Shown: piece after piece, positions 10,301 through 22,720 of the stretch
How positions within the stretch are numbered: the first letter of the stretch is position 1
Layout: each line of letters starts with the position of its first letter
DNA from: Lama glama
Taxonomy: Eukaryota
DNA: 64,000 nucleotides
Assembly (NCBI GenBank): GCA_028534125.1
Contig: CM052816.1
Coordinates: 5,396,001 to 5,460,000 of the forward strand
Direction: 5' to 3'
Notes under the pieces: generated by a model
What the model saw: the letters and a program-made list of their open reading frames with translations, nothing else
Told to the model about the DNA's origin: nothing
Databases searched by the model: none
Made by a program: the position numbers and the translations under genes

Positions 10301-12889
10301 TCTGACCCAAGGCCTCTGATGTCACATCTGCCGATTACAATGCCTACAGCTTGTTCCCAAAGGAGACAAAACAACCCAGCAGACTATCAGCAAATTCCGC
10401 CTCCCTGTTATCCAACAACCTAGCTCCTTCTCAAGACTCTTGAAGTGGAGTCTGAGCATGAGAAGGCCACAGATCGGTGAAGAAACTGATCCACGTTACT
10501 TGTCAGCAGAGGTGCAGATGCTCTGCTGTTGCCTTGGTTACATGCCTGGAGCTTAAGCCACTACCGATCACTCCCCATTTACCTTCATTAATCAGACTGG
10601 CGTGGCTCCCCCTAGAAGGGTCTCCACCTTCCCTGTGCCCCTGGAGAAGTAGGGAGGTTGGGAAGCCCTTCCTGGCTGAAGTCCTGTGGGCAGGCAGCCC
10701 TGGAGGCCAGTGTGGGTAGGAAGAGGGGCCACAGGGAACCAGGGTGGGAAAAGAGAGGCTCATTATCAAGGGCATTTGCTTGAGAGGAAATTTCAACTAT
10801 CACTCAGAAGGCAGAAACATGCTGCCGGGCAGGGCCTAATTATAAGTTGTATTATTTGGGCTATTCAAAAGGAAGGCGTGAGACCTGAGAAAATAGCTGT
10901 CTCAGATGTGAAGGGCCCCATTTCATTTTTTATGCTTTAGAAAATCACACGAGAAGGAGGCCGAGTGGGCGGGGAAGCCCATCCATCTCCACGCCATGGA
11001 GGGCTTGTTCTCTAAGAACACGCTCTGTCCACTGCCCTGACTGTGCCGGGGACACTACCTGAGTTGTCTTCCACTCAATTCTTCCCTCTCTTGGTGTGTA
11101 TTTTAGTTTCCTAAAGGGGGTCACGGAAGACCAGACCTGTGGCATTTAATACTGGGTCATTGTCTGAAATATGTCAGGGCTCGAAGAACACAAACATATA
11201 GACATATTAACTTCAGCTTCCTATGGACACATACAACAGACACACAGACACATCCACACACATCCCTGGACTTGGAAAGCTCAAATGCAGCAAAATCACC
11301 CAGAGAAGCCCATGACTCCATTGCTAAACCCCACCCTATTCACTATCTACGTACAGCCCCACCCTCATTTACAGGGTTTAGGTATTTGTCCAGGCTACTG
11401 TTCCTCCAATCAAATCACTAGTGCAAGTTCACCTTCTCTCTCTCTCTCTTTAAGACACAGAGTGAGCAACATAAGCTGCTGCCAGCAGCTTAATCCCAAC
11501 TGGCCACTTGATGTCCCAGGAGCTGTAATTTCACACGTGACCCTGGGCACGGTGCTTAATGACCAGACCTTAATTTCTTCCTCTGAAAAGGAGGGGAGCA
11601 TAACAGCTGCCCAGGCTACTTCATCAGCAGCTGGAGGCTCAAAGGAGACTGCAGACATGAAAGCATTTTGCGACTACGAAGGGCCAGGCACGTGGAAGCT
11701 GTCAGCACCATCTTCTGAACTGGGTCACCCACGAAACCAGTGGTCTCACGCTGTTCAGCAGAGGATGTGGAAATTACTCTGCCCGTCAGCTTCTTGTCTG
11801 TAAAAAGTCTGCTGAGTCTGCGGGTCCAGGCCATCTCTGGCCTGGCCCTGCCCGTGTTCTTGGGCAGAATGAAGCTGAGCTCGGTCAGCTCTATGACTGG
11901 TTATCCAGTCCCACAACTAGACTGCAGCTCAATAAAAGTCTGGCATGAGGAATACATACTATCCTGTTCCAACTTCAGGATTCACCATGGGAAATAGACA
12001 GATGAATGGATGAAGGCCAAAAGATATGAAACACAAGTTCTGTGAGGCAGTAGAGTTTCTGAAAGCTCCAGTTTTGAACCAGATTGTTGACAAGAGCATC
12101 CCAGATCAAGTGGAGGCATATATGGATGTGTCAAGTATGTTCTGAAAGTTAGGATCACTTGATTCCCACCAGGAGTCTCAGCCAAGCCACTTGGATCTGG
12201 GGATCAATCTGGCCTTTGGCAGGAGAAAGAGTAGGATCGCTGGGCCTGATTTGGGACTTAGCATCCTCACGTTGGTCAGACGCTGGGGCTTTGTAGCTTC
12301 AGTGCCCAGACCCTTCTTCTTCCTTCAGACAAGGGCCCACCTTCACCTGGGTATCCTCCTTGGTATCTGCCCCACAGCCCAGTTCTCTCTGCCCTCTGCC
12401 AGTCCAGCCCTGACTCCCTAACCATGATCCCAGACTCTCTAATGCACAGGTCCTGTCTGCCTGGACTATGTCAGGCTCCCCACCTCCTCAGCACCGTTCT
12501 CCCTCCACCAGCCTACATCCACCACTGTCAGAGGCCTGGAGGCGGCCTGGCGTGGGCTGTGTAGCTTGTTGAGTTGCTGGTCCCGGCCACATCCAGCTTG
12601 GCCCTGCCCCAGTTCTCACAGCGTCACATTTCTGTCCTGGATGCCGGGCGCTTTTGGTGCCCTTCCACCTCCACCCAGAGGAGGACGCACATTCTGATGG
12701 ACCACATGGCTCTGGCACATTACAGATCCTGCTCTCGGACCACCAGAGGGATCAATAGGCTTGTTGGCTGTTTTAAAATTATATATTCCCAGAATCCAGT
12801 AAAAGAGCTAACACTGTTGGGATGGAGGGTAAAAGTTCCCGTAAAGGAACAGTAATAGCTCACATTTATTGAGCTTAATAGTTTTTGAG

Positions 12890-13420
12890 CCCCTGCTTAA
12901 AAACCTTCAATGGCTTCTCATTTCTCTTATGATGAAACCAAACTCCTTAACAGCCTGACAAGGCTCTACATGGCCTCGCCTCTGCCTACCTCTCCAGCCC
13001 ATCCTACACACGCTCCCCTGGGTCTCAGAGCTCCAGTCAGTTTCCTAAGTTTCTCAAAGGCACCTCCCTTTTCCCTACTATGGGGCCTTTGCACCTGCTA
13101 TTTCCTCAAGGACACAGGTCACACTCTGTTCCTACTCCAAGTTAATGTCACATTTCAGCTCAGATGCTGTTTTCTCCAGGGAGTCTTCCCAACTTCTCAG
13201 TCTAGGCTTCTGGCAAACACAGCATGGTCCTACCCTTCAGAGCACTATGTTAGTAAGGAGACCTTCATTTAGGGTGATTATTTAACTAATGCATATCTAT
13301 AAGCTCCAGAAGGGCAGGGGCAGTGTCTGTTGTTTTACCATAACACCTGGCTTGCTAACACCTAGCACAGTAGCAGACACACCGAGGTGCTCAATAAATG
13401 TTAGTGGGATAAACAGAATG
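12890..13420 (+). mobile_element. L2 LINE 3' end
   Basis: cctgcttaaaaaccttcaatggcttctcatt, ggcctttgcacctgcta, aagctccagaagggcaggg, cctagcacagt..tgctcaataaatgtt. Confidence 0.92.
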
Positions 13421-13429
13421 AGTAGACAG

Positions 13430-13635
13430 ATGGTGGGTGCATACTACGTGCTGGTCTCTGGAATAATTTCCTCTCAATGCTTCATCTCGTTTTATCCCCA
13501 AGAGGTGGGTACACTTATTAGCTCCCATTTGCAGACAGTAGCTAGGATTTTACAAGGGTTTAGTAACTTGCCCGAGGCCAAAGATGTAGCAAGTGGTTAG
13601 CCCAGGTCTGTCTGACTCCAAGGCTTGTACTGTAC
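13430..13635 (-). mobile_element. MIR SINE, interrupted by the L2 (other piece at about 12853-12885)
   Basis: cccatttgcaga..agtaacttgcccgaggcca..cccaggtctgtctgactccaagg. The start taatagctcacatttattgagc lies on the far side of the L2. Confidence 0.8.
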
Positions 13636-14399
13636 TATTTGCTCTGAACGATCTGATCCCCAGCTGGGCAGAGAGGACACCTCAAACATTTATTTGCTCT
13701 CTTTGTTCCAGAGTACAAACTCTGCCAGTGGGGTGAACACAGAGGGAGGGAGAGTTTTCTTCTCCCCACATGCCTGCATCTGAGTTACAAAAAGATGAGA
13801 GCACCTCAAATTCTTTATATTTTCCCAAATGAATTTTAGCCAAGTCTCCTAGGAACCTCTCAATAATTCCATCTCTCTCCTGATTTCCCTCTCCCCTCAG
13901 GATGCTCTTGAAACCTAGGCCAGAATGTAACTCGTGAGCAAGAAATAAATCTCTGTGGGATTACTACACTGATGTTTCAGGGTTGACCTGTTATATCCCC
14001 TGACCCTACCAGTATGAATGCATGTCTAAAATCACACGCCAGTATGGTTCCTTGAATAGATTTTCCTAAATGGAACTTAATAGTCTTTTGCCACCTTTAT
14101 GAACTTAAGGATGTCCTAAATTGCTACTGGAATGTGCAAGCTGTTGGTCCAAACTTTTCTGCTCTTCCCCTGAGATGCTGTCAGCTGGTACTCCCCAATT
14201 CTAATCTGATGTTTAGTCTGAAAGTGAAGCCATCTCTCTTGTAAGCAGTAAAGTGCTTGGATCTTGCTTGATGAATCTCCTCAGCCTCTCAAGGGTTGTA
14301 ACCTTGTACGTGGGCTAGTAGGAGTCTGAGGCTCCAGAAGTGGGGTGGCCCTGTGACACTGTAGTGTTCAGTGGACTGCTACGTCAATGGACGGTACTG

Positions 14400-14870
14400 T
14401 TCCCAGCATCTGAAATGCCTTGTGGGTGAACTCCCCAAGAGAAGGAAGCTGTTTCCTGGCAAGGTGCTTGGCTGACTTAGCTTTGGTGATGAAGTCTGCT
14501 AATTGCATTACTGCATGGCATGTACCATCTGACCTTGCTAATAACTGCTCAAGCTGCACACTGACTACAAAAGTCACCACAATTATTCGGCTCTGTGCAA
14601 AAAAAAATGTTAATTTCATACTTTGTAAACACATCTCTTGTAAAAGACTAAGCTGCCTATAAAAATTGCTTTTGACATCCCTAAGATAATCTTTAGGGGA
14701 AAGAAACGGGGGGAAAAAAAGAAGCGTATTCTCTTAATCAGTGGCTATAACCTTCTTTCCCTTGAGAAAAAAAAATTTTTTTAATGATAAAAGAGAGGTG
14801 TCAGCAGGAAGGTTCACCAAGAAGCAGAGAAATACCCAAATCAATGAAGACTAACTTGTCAGGATGCTAA
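14400..14870. promoter_or_regulatory. Candidate conserved non-coding element / enhancer
   Basis: Repeat-free sequence with FOX-type gtaaaca, TAAT cores (ctaattg, caattatt, ttaattt) and tgaca. Conservation is inferred, not measured. Confidence 0.45.
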
Positions 14871-15709
14871 AATCCTGGCAGGTGCACTGTGCACTTTCAG
14901 TTAGGTAGGAGTTTGGGAAGTCTGGGAAAGTCACATGCTGCAGTTGACTGACTTAGAATCTTAAAGTTAGAGGGCCCTTAGCAATGGTCTGGTCTGAACA
15001 ACTCATTCTGCTGGTGAGGAAAAGGAGGCCCAGGGAGATGACATCCTGACAGGCTCCCACTGAGGTCAATGCTGGGGTCAAGAACCCAACCTCGGGCCCC
15101 TGACTGCCTGGTAGTGTGTGGTCCAGCATGACATGGCCTTAGGGCAGAGAGAAAAATAAAAAAAAAAATTTTTTTAAGTTAAGGAGAATGACTCCAGTCA
15201 TTCTCTTCCCCCGTGATTTCCTCCAGTGTTGTGTGTTCCCTGACATCCCCTCACTGAAACAAGGAACCTGCTGAAGAAGCAGACGGCACAGTTCAATTCA
15301 GGAAGCATTTCTTTGACAGCTACTAGCTGTGCTTCTCAAACAGTGACTTTATCGTAAATATTCATCTTGTATCTCAAATCTTACTTTCTATTCCATAATA
15401 CGGATGTCTTCTTTTAACTTAATTTTCATATAAAATTACTGTGTTTCTGCCCGCTCTTCTCCAAAGAGTTTGAGTGAACCTGATGCTTCTGGAAGGTATG
15501 CCTTGTTTCATCAACACAAACTCGCTGTATATACATACACATACCCACACACAGGCAGAGATCCATCTAACTACAGTATTAGCACCTGCTAAGATCTACA
15601 GTGGACCAGGAGGCCAGGCAAAGGGCTCTCGGGGTACAGGGAAAGGGGACACTGATCACCATTTAGAGTAAGTTCTCCAGAATAATGTTTTTTTTTAAAA
15701 ATGACAGTC

Positions 15710-16320
15710 CTTAATTTTATTTTCCCTGATTGTAGATTATATGAAAATGAGAAAGGAACAGAGAAGAAAATTTAAACTCCCTATAGAAAACTGGGTAAAG
15801 GGTATACCGGATCTGTTTGTAATATTTTTTACAACTGCATGCAAAATCTACCATTACCTCAAATTAAAAAAAATTAATTTAAAAAATCTTTCTTAATCCC
15901 TCCACCTAGTAGCAACCACTGTGAATAATTTTGTGGTTATCCTTTTTATCTTGTTTCAATGCGTGTGTCTGAAATCTGAAATCTGAAGACCTAATTGGAG
16001 GTCTGGAACCAGCTTTCTTCACCTATCATTGTGGCAAGAGAAATTTCCTGTTATTAAAAGTTCTTTGAAAGTATTTTCAAAGGGTGTATTATATTCTAAT
16101 ACATGGATAAAATCATGTCCCCTGCTGCTGGGTGTTTAATTGCTTCCAATTTTACACTATTGAAAATATTTCATGTTATATATATTTTACTACAATAAAA
16201 AATAGTTTTTGGTTTCAATAAACATCCTATACATCTCACATTTCTGATTACCTCCTCGGGCTGGACTTCCAGGAAGAAAATTCCCAGATCATTTTTTTAA
16301 GTCTTGTTGCATGATAACAA
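15710..16320 (-). mobile_element. Very old L1 (L1ME-like) 3' fragments
   Basis: caaccactgtgaataattttgtggttatcc, gtattatattctaatacatggata, aattgcttccaattttacactatt, ataaacatcctatacat. Short + strand L1 tails are interleaved. Confidence 0.6.
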
Positions 16321-16509
16321 AGTTCTTGCCTGTTAGGAATAGGGGGAGGCGGGCAACATTTTTTTTTTTTTAAGAAATAAGGTTGAAAAATGTCTCAGTA
16401 AAAAAACTCCAGGAGACTGCAAAGTGCCTTATTGGTGATTTTCAAATGCAGAGCCATCTGGGAGCTGGGTATGAGGGTCCAGGAAACCCACAAACCCACC
16501 TGCCTGCAC

Positions 16510-17130
16510 ACTGGGGTGGGGGCCTCAAACAGCTGTCATGCTTTCCTCACATCTCAATGCAAAATGGTCTTTGAAGAGAGATGCACTAAACCAGGACATA
16601 TGGGACTGTCTTTTGCAAAAGGAGGTTGTTCACTCTTCTCCTAGGAGGGTAATAACTTGGGAAATATGCATAAACCATTGCTGCTCGGATATAAACAGCA
16701 TGAAATTATCCAAACTTGGAACCATTAAAGATGCACATTGTGAATTTAGAATCAAAACACTCTATAAATTCATAGCAAATCTGCACATTGAAAAAATCAG
16801 CCTGCAGACTGTAAAAGCAGTTGTTGTTTTAAAGGATTTTTTTTCGCAAGGGCTCCCGACTATTTTTCGTGGATGGGCACGAGGTGGGAGAACGGTGGGC
16901 TGTGTTTGTGGAAGGCCTCGAAGACATCGGAAAAATGAGGCAGCGCCAAGGTCCCTTCTGACATTCCCCATGACTGGTTTTACCGTTTGTTCTGGAAGGG
17001 ATGGGTCTAAAGACTGCCTGAGATCCTGCTGATTTTTTACATATTTGGGGGAGTGGCACAAGAAACAAAAGACTTGACAAGATTCGGTACATCCCTCCCC
17101 TAAATTTAAATACTGCCAACAAGGGAAGAA
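16510..17130. promoter_or_regulatory. Candidate conserved non-coding element
   Basis: Repeat-free. AT-rich motif-dense core (atatgcataaa, ataaaca, ccattaa, tataaattcat, cattgtg) followed by a CpG-retaining part. Confidence 0.4.
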
Positions 17131-17549
17131 CATGGCAGGTTTAGAGAACTCACTGAGAACTCTTTCTCTTCAGAAATTATGCTTGCTGGCTATTTAGTGT
17201 TTCCCACAGAAAAAACTCTGCTCTGTCCCAGAATGAGATCACGGAGGGAGCTATGATTAGAGGCCCCCTTGGCCATCTTTCTGGTCCACAGGAGGTCAGA
17301 AGAAAGCCTCCTCTTAAGACAGCCAACATGCAGGTCTGTAGCATTTGGCTGGGGGTTTCAGGCATTCCCTCAGAACAGCCGAGTGGGGGTCTGTACTGAT
17401 CAGAAATAGAATTCATCTCCCCCAAGGAAGGCTGAAACCAGGGTCGGTTTAGCCTCATCTTGGACAGAGACTAGAGGGTCAAGGGGGGCAGCCAAAAGCC
17501 TTCTGACTTGCCTCTGCCCCTTGGAATTCTAACATTTCCACCTCCCTGT

Positions 17550-17895
17550 CTTTTAAAAATACTATTTGCCAACCTATCAGTTTGAACAATTTCAACAGAA
17601 AAGTTGTAAGAATTAGTGAAAAGAATACCAGTACAGTCTTCACTTAGGTTTACCAATTATTAATATTTTACCACATTTGCTCACCGAACTATCTACTCAT
17701 TTTTGGCTGAATCATGTGAAAGTAAATTGCAGATGTCATGACGCCAGACCACTAAGTACTTCAGCAGGCATCTCTCAAGCCAGGGGACATTCTCCTACAT
17801 AAGCACAAATCCACTGCCACATGGATGTAAAAATAAAGCCTGATCTAATGTACACTCCATATTTAAATTTCCCCACTATTCCCCCAAAATAGTTT
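17550..17895 (-). mobile_element. L1MC4/5-like 3' UTR
   Basis: acagaaaagttgtaagaa..ccaattattaatattttaccacatttgct..tgaatcatgtgaaagtaaattgcagatgtcatgac..ggacattctcctacataa. Confidence 0.85.
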
Positions 17896-18810
17896 TTATT
17901 TACTTTTTAAATCGGCACATTCACATAATATACAATTCACGCTTTTAATATGCACAATTCAGTGGATTTTAGTTTTTTCACAAAGTTGGACAATCTTCAC
18001 CACTAATTCTATAGTGATAAATTTGGGAGTTTGAGATTTACAAATGTTAGCCACTATATATAAAAATAGACTTTAAAAAAAGTTTCTTCTGTGTAGCACA
18101 GGGAACTATGTTCAATATCTTGTAATAACTTCTAATTAAAAAAAAAAGAAAATGAATATATGTATGCATATGCATGACTGGGACATTGTGCTGCCCACCA
18201 GAAACTGACACATTGTAACTGAGTGTACTTCAATTAAAATAAAAAAGTTGGGCAATCTTCACCACCAATTCTAAATTGTTTTCATCACCCCCCCAAAAAA
18301 CTCTGTACTATCATCAGTCCCTCCCTATGTCTCCCTCCCTCCCAGCCCCTGGAAACCACTGTCTATGTCCCATCTCTATGGATTTCCCTATTGTGGACAC
18401 TTCATATGAACAGAATCATTTAATATGTGACCTTTTGTGTCTGGCTTTCTTAGTTAGTATAATGCGTTACTTCATTCCTTTTTGCAGCTGAATGATATTC
18501 CATAGAATGAATGCACCAAACTTTGTATCTCTATTCATAATTTGACACACATGAATTGTTACCACCTTTTGTCTACTATGAATGCTGCTGCTATGAGCAT
18601 TCACGTACAAGTCTGTGTGTGGACATATGTTTTCATTTCTCTTGGGTACACACCTAGGAGAGGAATTACCAGGTCACGTGATAACTCAGTGTTTCACCTC
18701 TGGAGGAACTGCAGAGTATTTTCCAAAGCAGCTGTACCTGTTAGTCTTACCAGCACTGAATAAAAGTTCTAATTTCTCTACATCCTCACCAATGCTTGTT
18801 ATTGTCTGAC
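17896..18810 (-). mobile_element. L1MB-like 3' end (interrupted at 18012-18243)
   Basis: attcacataatatacaattcac..cacaattcagtgg, ctcccagcccctggaaaccact, atgaatgctgctgctatgagcattcacgtacaag, catcctcaccaatgcttgttatt. Confidence 0.92.
18012..18243 (+). mobile_element. Camelid-type LINE-1 3' terminal fragment with 30-bp TSD
   Basis: gataaatttgggagtttgagatt, gtagcacagggaactatgttcaatatcttgtaataac, acacattgtaactgagtgtacttcaattaaaataaa. Flanking direct repeats at 17982-18011 and 18244-18273 are 28/30 identical. Confidence 0.93.
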
Positions 18811-20489
18811 TCCAAACTGCTTATGGCTATCTTTTCCTCAAACCAGCGTCTGATCACGGATTCTGCACTGTATTGACTTCCTACATCTCTTTCATTTTCT
18901 TTCATCTGGACCAATTCTCCAACCTTCTTTTGCCTTTCCAGGTATTAACATTAAAAGAACAAAAACCAAGTCTAGTCCACAGAAGGCACTCATCCCTGAT
19001 TATGGTGGGTCCTGAAGTACCTTTCTCTTGCCTGTTGCACAGACAGCTTGGGACGCTGAGCACGCAGCCTACAGGGAGATGATCGCACCAGTCTGCTAAG
19101 GGTTCTGGCTGGAGCCCGGCTCAGTCCCAAGCAAGATGATCTCGTGCCTCTTAACTGGGAAAGATGTTTCTGAACATCTTAAAGGCTTCTGGTCAGCATC
19201 AACAGGGAGCTCAGGGGTAGGGTGGCAGGTCGGGCAGAAGTGGAGGAGAGTGTGTATGAAGGGGACTGGGGAATCTGGGCACCCGCCTCCACGTGGCCCT
19301 CCATGACGCCTGTGCAGCCAGGCTGTCTCGAGTCCTAGAGTTAACTGGGGCCGCTGAACTGCAGCGGGGGCTGGCACCGGAGAGGAACACCCACCAGCCC
19401 ACCACAGTAATGAGCTCTGACATGCGGCACATCACAGACTAGCTAATTAAATTCTCCACAGCTTCCCTAGCACCAACGAGGACTTGAAGCGCTGAGCCGA
19501 GGGGGACGGAATCAGGGAACCTGGGACCAGGTCTTAGCTTAGCCTCAGAATCCCTGCAGAGATGCTGGAAGGTAAATCCACCTCTCTGGGGCCCTCCCTA
19601 ATCCATAATGTTGGGGAAAGGAACACACGGGAGGCGTCCTTAAAACAATTCAGCTACAGTCTGTGCAGTCACGACGGTACCGGCAACTCCGGTGCACGAG
19701 TGCCTCACAATTCTGCAGCACCTCATGACTCTCACTTGTCCCCAACGGCATAGAAAGGGCTCGCATTATTCCCAGTTTGCAGATGAAGCTCACAGATCTG
19801 GGGTTACCGCATTCATTCTTGGACAATAATCATGGTGGTCCACCATGCATTGGGTGCTGTATTAGGCTCTGGGGTTACAACAGCCAGCTAGATAGGGAGG
19901 AATTTTCCCTCTTGTGTCTTCAGCTGCGTGGGAAAGACAATGCAATAAGCAATAAAAAAAAGCTGAGCACTGCTACACCAGGGTCCTGCGGAGTCCACAC
20001 AAGGCCCCTAATCTGGGCTAGTGATGTGCCTCAGGTGTGGTTCACAGAGGGCATGACTCCGTGCCGGGGCTCTTTCTGGTCTACAAAGGAGGAGGGAGAC
20101 ACATGCCCCAGGTCGTAGGAATCAAACTCTCGCCTGGAGCCTACTTGGCTGGGGGGAGGAGGGCAAAAGAATACTTCTTCCCTCGGTGCTGAACACAGAG
20201 CTGTGGGATGAGTGAACTCCGGTGCCCAAGGGCCTCATCTACTAAAGACACAAGAAGTGGGGATTTTAGGTTTTGAGTAAACTCCCTGAGGTCCTTAACT
20301 TCACCAACAGCATGTGATGCTACTGGACCTACCAGGAGCCAGAGCCCTCTCCTTCCGGACCTCACTTTCCCAGGTCCCCAACTTCTGAGGTGAAGAGGTT
20401 GAATGAATGCTTGCTCTTTAGCACAAATCCATGAGGAGCCATGAAAAATGTCATCTCTTCCTTTCTCCATCAAAAGCCGGAGACAAAGC

Positions 20490-21560
20490 ATAAGTCGGTG
20501 CGTTTCAGTGGTGTCCCATAAAATGAAATTAACAGTGTCAGGAATCTTTATTGACCTCTGAAGTCAGATTCTTTAAGGCTGATCGGCTGGACACAGCTGC
20601 TTAATAATGGATCACCCCCTCCACCCCACTTCATACTCTTTAGCAGTTAATAGGGCCATCCCATAACTCATCCCATGAGAGAGAGAGGAGAGTGAGCGGC
20701 TGGTGCCGACTTTGTGCGGAAGCTGGTTCATAAAGCAATATTTATATATTCCCTTTAACCTGACATTGCATAAGATCTATTACCAGTTAATTAAATTGTA
20801 ACCGTTTTATACATTGGCTTCTGGTTGTGATCAGCATCTCAATGCACAGATCCACCAGGCTGCACCGACTTGCATGAAGAAGCTAAATAATATTCACTTA
20901 AAAGAGCATTAAATTGTGCAGAACCATCATGAGCAGTCAATAAAGGCCTCATGTTAAACAGAATTTAAGGAGATGGTATTTGCTACTTTCCTCCCTTGAG
21001 AAACATAGGCCTTTAGAAGTTATTTCCCACCCCTGAGTTCCCTGCAACTAGAGTGGCTCTGACAATTTTCGGATCTGTTGAAAAGGAATGATTATAAAAA
21101 CTTTGTTAGAGGCATTTGCATTCGTCTAAAAGGGGGTTGCGTCCTGGATCCTGCCACTGTCATGGAAGGGAAAGAGACAGGAGACTAATTAAGTAACAAA
21201 GGCTCAGCCGAAACCTCCTTTCGGAGGCATAATCTCCTTTGCCAGGCGCGGGGCAGATGACTGGCTGCACGCGCACTCCAGCCTCCCCGGCCTAATCCTC
21301 CCTCCCCGGCAAGAAGCCTTCCGACAGTGTCTGGAATAATAATGTAATTATGGACAGCTAAAACACCTCATCCATGAAGGGCGAGGATCCGGAGTCTTTC
21401 AAATATGGGAAGGAGAAGCAAAGGTTCAAAGGGTGACTCTTTTTAGTGCAGGGGTGGTTAGAACTGTCTCTCTCTCTCTTTTTTTTCCACTAAAGTATAT
21501 ACGCTTCTCAGAGGGAAAGTAACTGCTTTTGACTAAGATATGACGGCTGATTAGGTCAAA
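20490..21560. promoter_or_regulatory. Strong candidate conserved enhancer cluster
   Basis: About 1 kb free of recognisable repeats. Has ccataaaa (20516), ctttattgac (20546), gtcaataaag (20936), ttaattaa, ctaattaa, tgtca/tgaca, aacaaag, and retained CpGs at 21200-21400. Confidence 0.6.
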
Positions 21561-21939
21561 GTGTCCTGTGCACTCACTAAAAAACACAAACCACAAAGTC
21601 TTCAAGGAGTTTTCCCCACTGAAAAGATGATTTTTTGTTTGTTTCCTCCTTTCCTGTTTCTTCCTTGGGGCTAGATTATAAAGTCCTGTCTCTTCTGAAA
21701 GAAAAGATGCAGGATGAATGGGCAGAGACTGTGTTTTATGAATTTAACATTCTCCAGATTTAGCACAGTGACTGGTACACAGAGGCACTAAATAAATGTT
21801 TGCTGATACTTCATGTTGTTTAAGCTAAATCTAACTTTGCTCATTTCAATTTGAAAGAACACTATCTTACAGAATATTTTAAGTACAGGGGCTTATAGCA
21901 GGTGTACGTATTATAAAAACCAAAGTCAAAAACCACAGT

Positions 21940-22150
21940 CCAGAGCCGTGATTTTCAAAGAGCATTTGCAGCTGCTTAGGGGTTCAACAGAGGGGCCTCA
22001 GCGTTGTGTCAGGGAGGGACGGGGGAAGAGGCTGCTGGGCTGCTGCCCCATCCCATGTCCACTTCACTAAAGACAAATCCCTTCTACCTGTTTTCTATTC
22101 TAGGCTTTCACGTTAAACATACTCCAAAGAAAAATGTCCTACAACTGGAC
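21940..22150. mobile_element. hAT-Charlie MITE (MER112-like)
   Basis: ccagagccgtgattttcaaa terminus, cttaggggttc..gaggggcctcag, taggctttcacgttaa. Similar to 8995-9180. Confidence 0.5.
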
Positions 22151-22159
22151 ACGCACATG

Positions 22160-22720
22160 GTCTCAAAGTATCAACCTACAAGTCACTTATTAATTGCAAA
22201 GGGGGGAAACAGTCATTTCTCCTAGAGAATCCTGGCCTACATGACCTAAACATCACTGGAAATAAGCCATCCTGTACCTCCAACACGATGCACCGAGAAG
22301 AGCACGTCACTCCTGTGGTACTTTTGCTCAAGTGCGTCAAACTAATCATGAGAAAGCATCAGACAAACCCAAATTGGGGGACAGCCTACAAAATAATTGG
22401 CTACTCTTTTCAAAAGTGTCAAGGTCATGAAAACCAAAAAGACTGAGGAAACGCCACAGATTGGAGGAAACTAAGGAGATGTGACAGCTAAATGTAATGT
22501 GGGCTCCCGGAACAGAAAAAAGGACATTAGCTGAAAAAAACATTGGCAAGGCTCAGATAAAGTCTAGAGATTGGTTAATATTATTTCATGACCTAGATAA
22601 TTGTACTATGGTTGTATAAGATGCTAACATTAGGGGAAGCTGGGTGAAAGGTACAAAGGATTATTTTTGCAACGTTTTGGGGGGTAAATCTGATTACTTC
22701 AAAATAAAGAGTAAAATTTA
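22160..22720 (+). mobile_element. L1MC4-like 3' UTR
   Basis: aatcatgagaaagcatcagacaaacccaaattgggggaca, ctctttcaaaagtgtcaaggtcatgaaa, aagatgctaacattaggggaagctgggtga; ends aaataaa. Confidence 0.92.

Noticed and set aside
11171..11803. 210-aa ORF, the longest non-gap ORF
   Set aside because: No recognisable protein features. It runs through CA/CT-rich low-complexity sequence and a degenerate MIR (gtgaccctgggcacggtgcttaa..ctctgaaaaggaggg).
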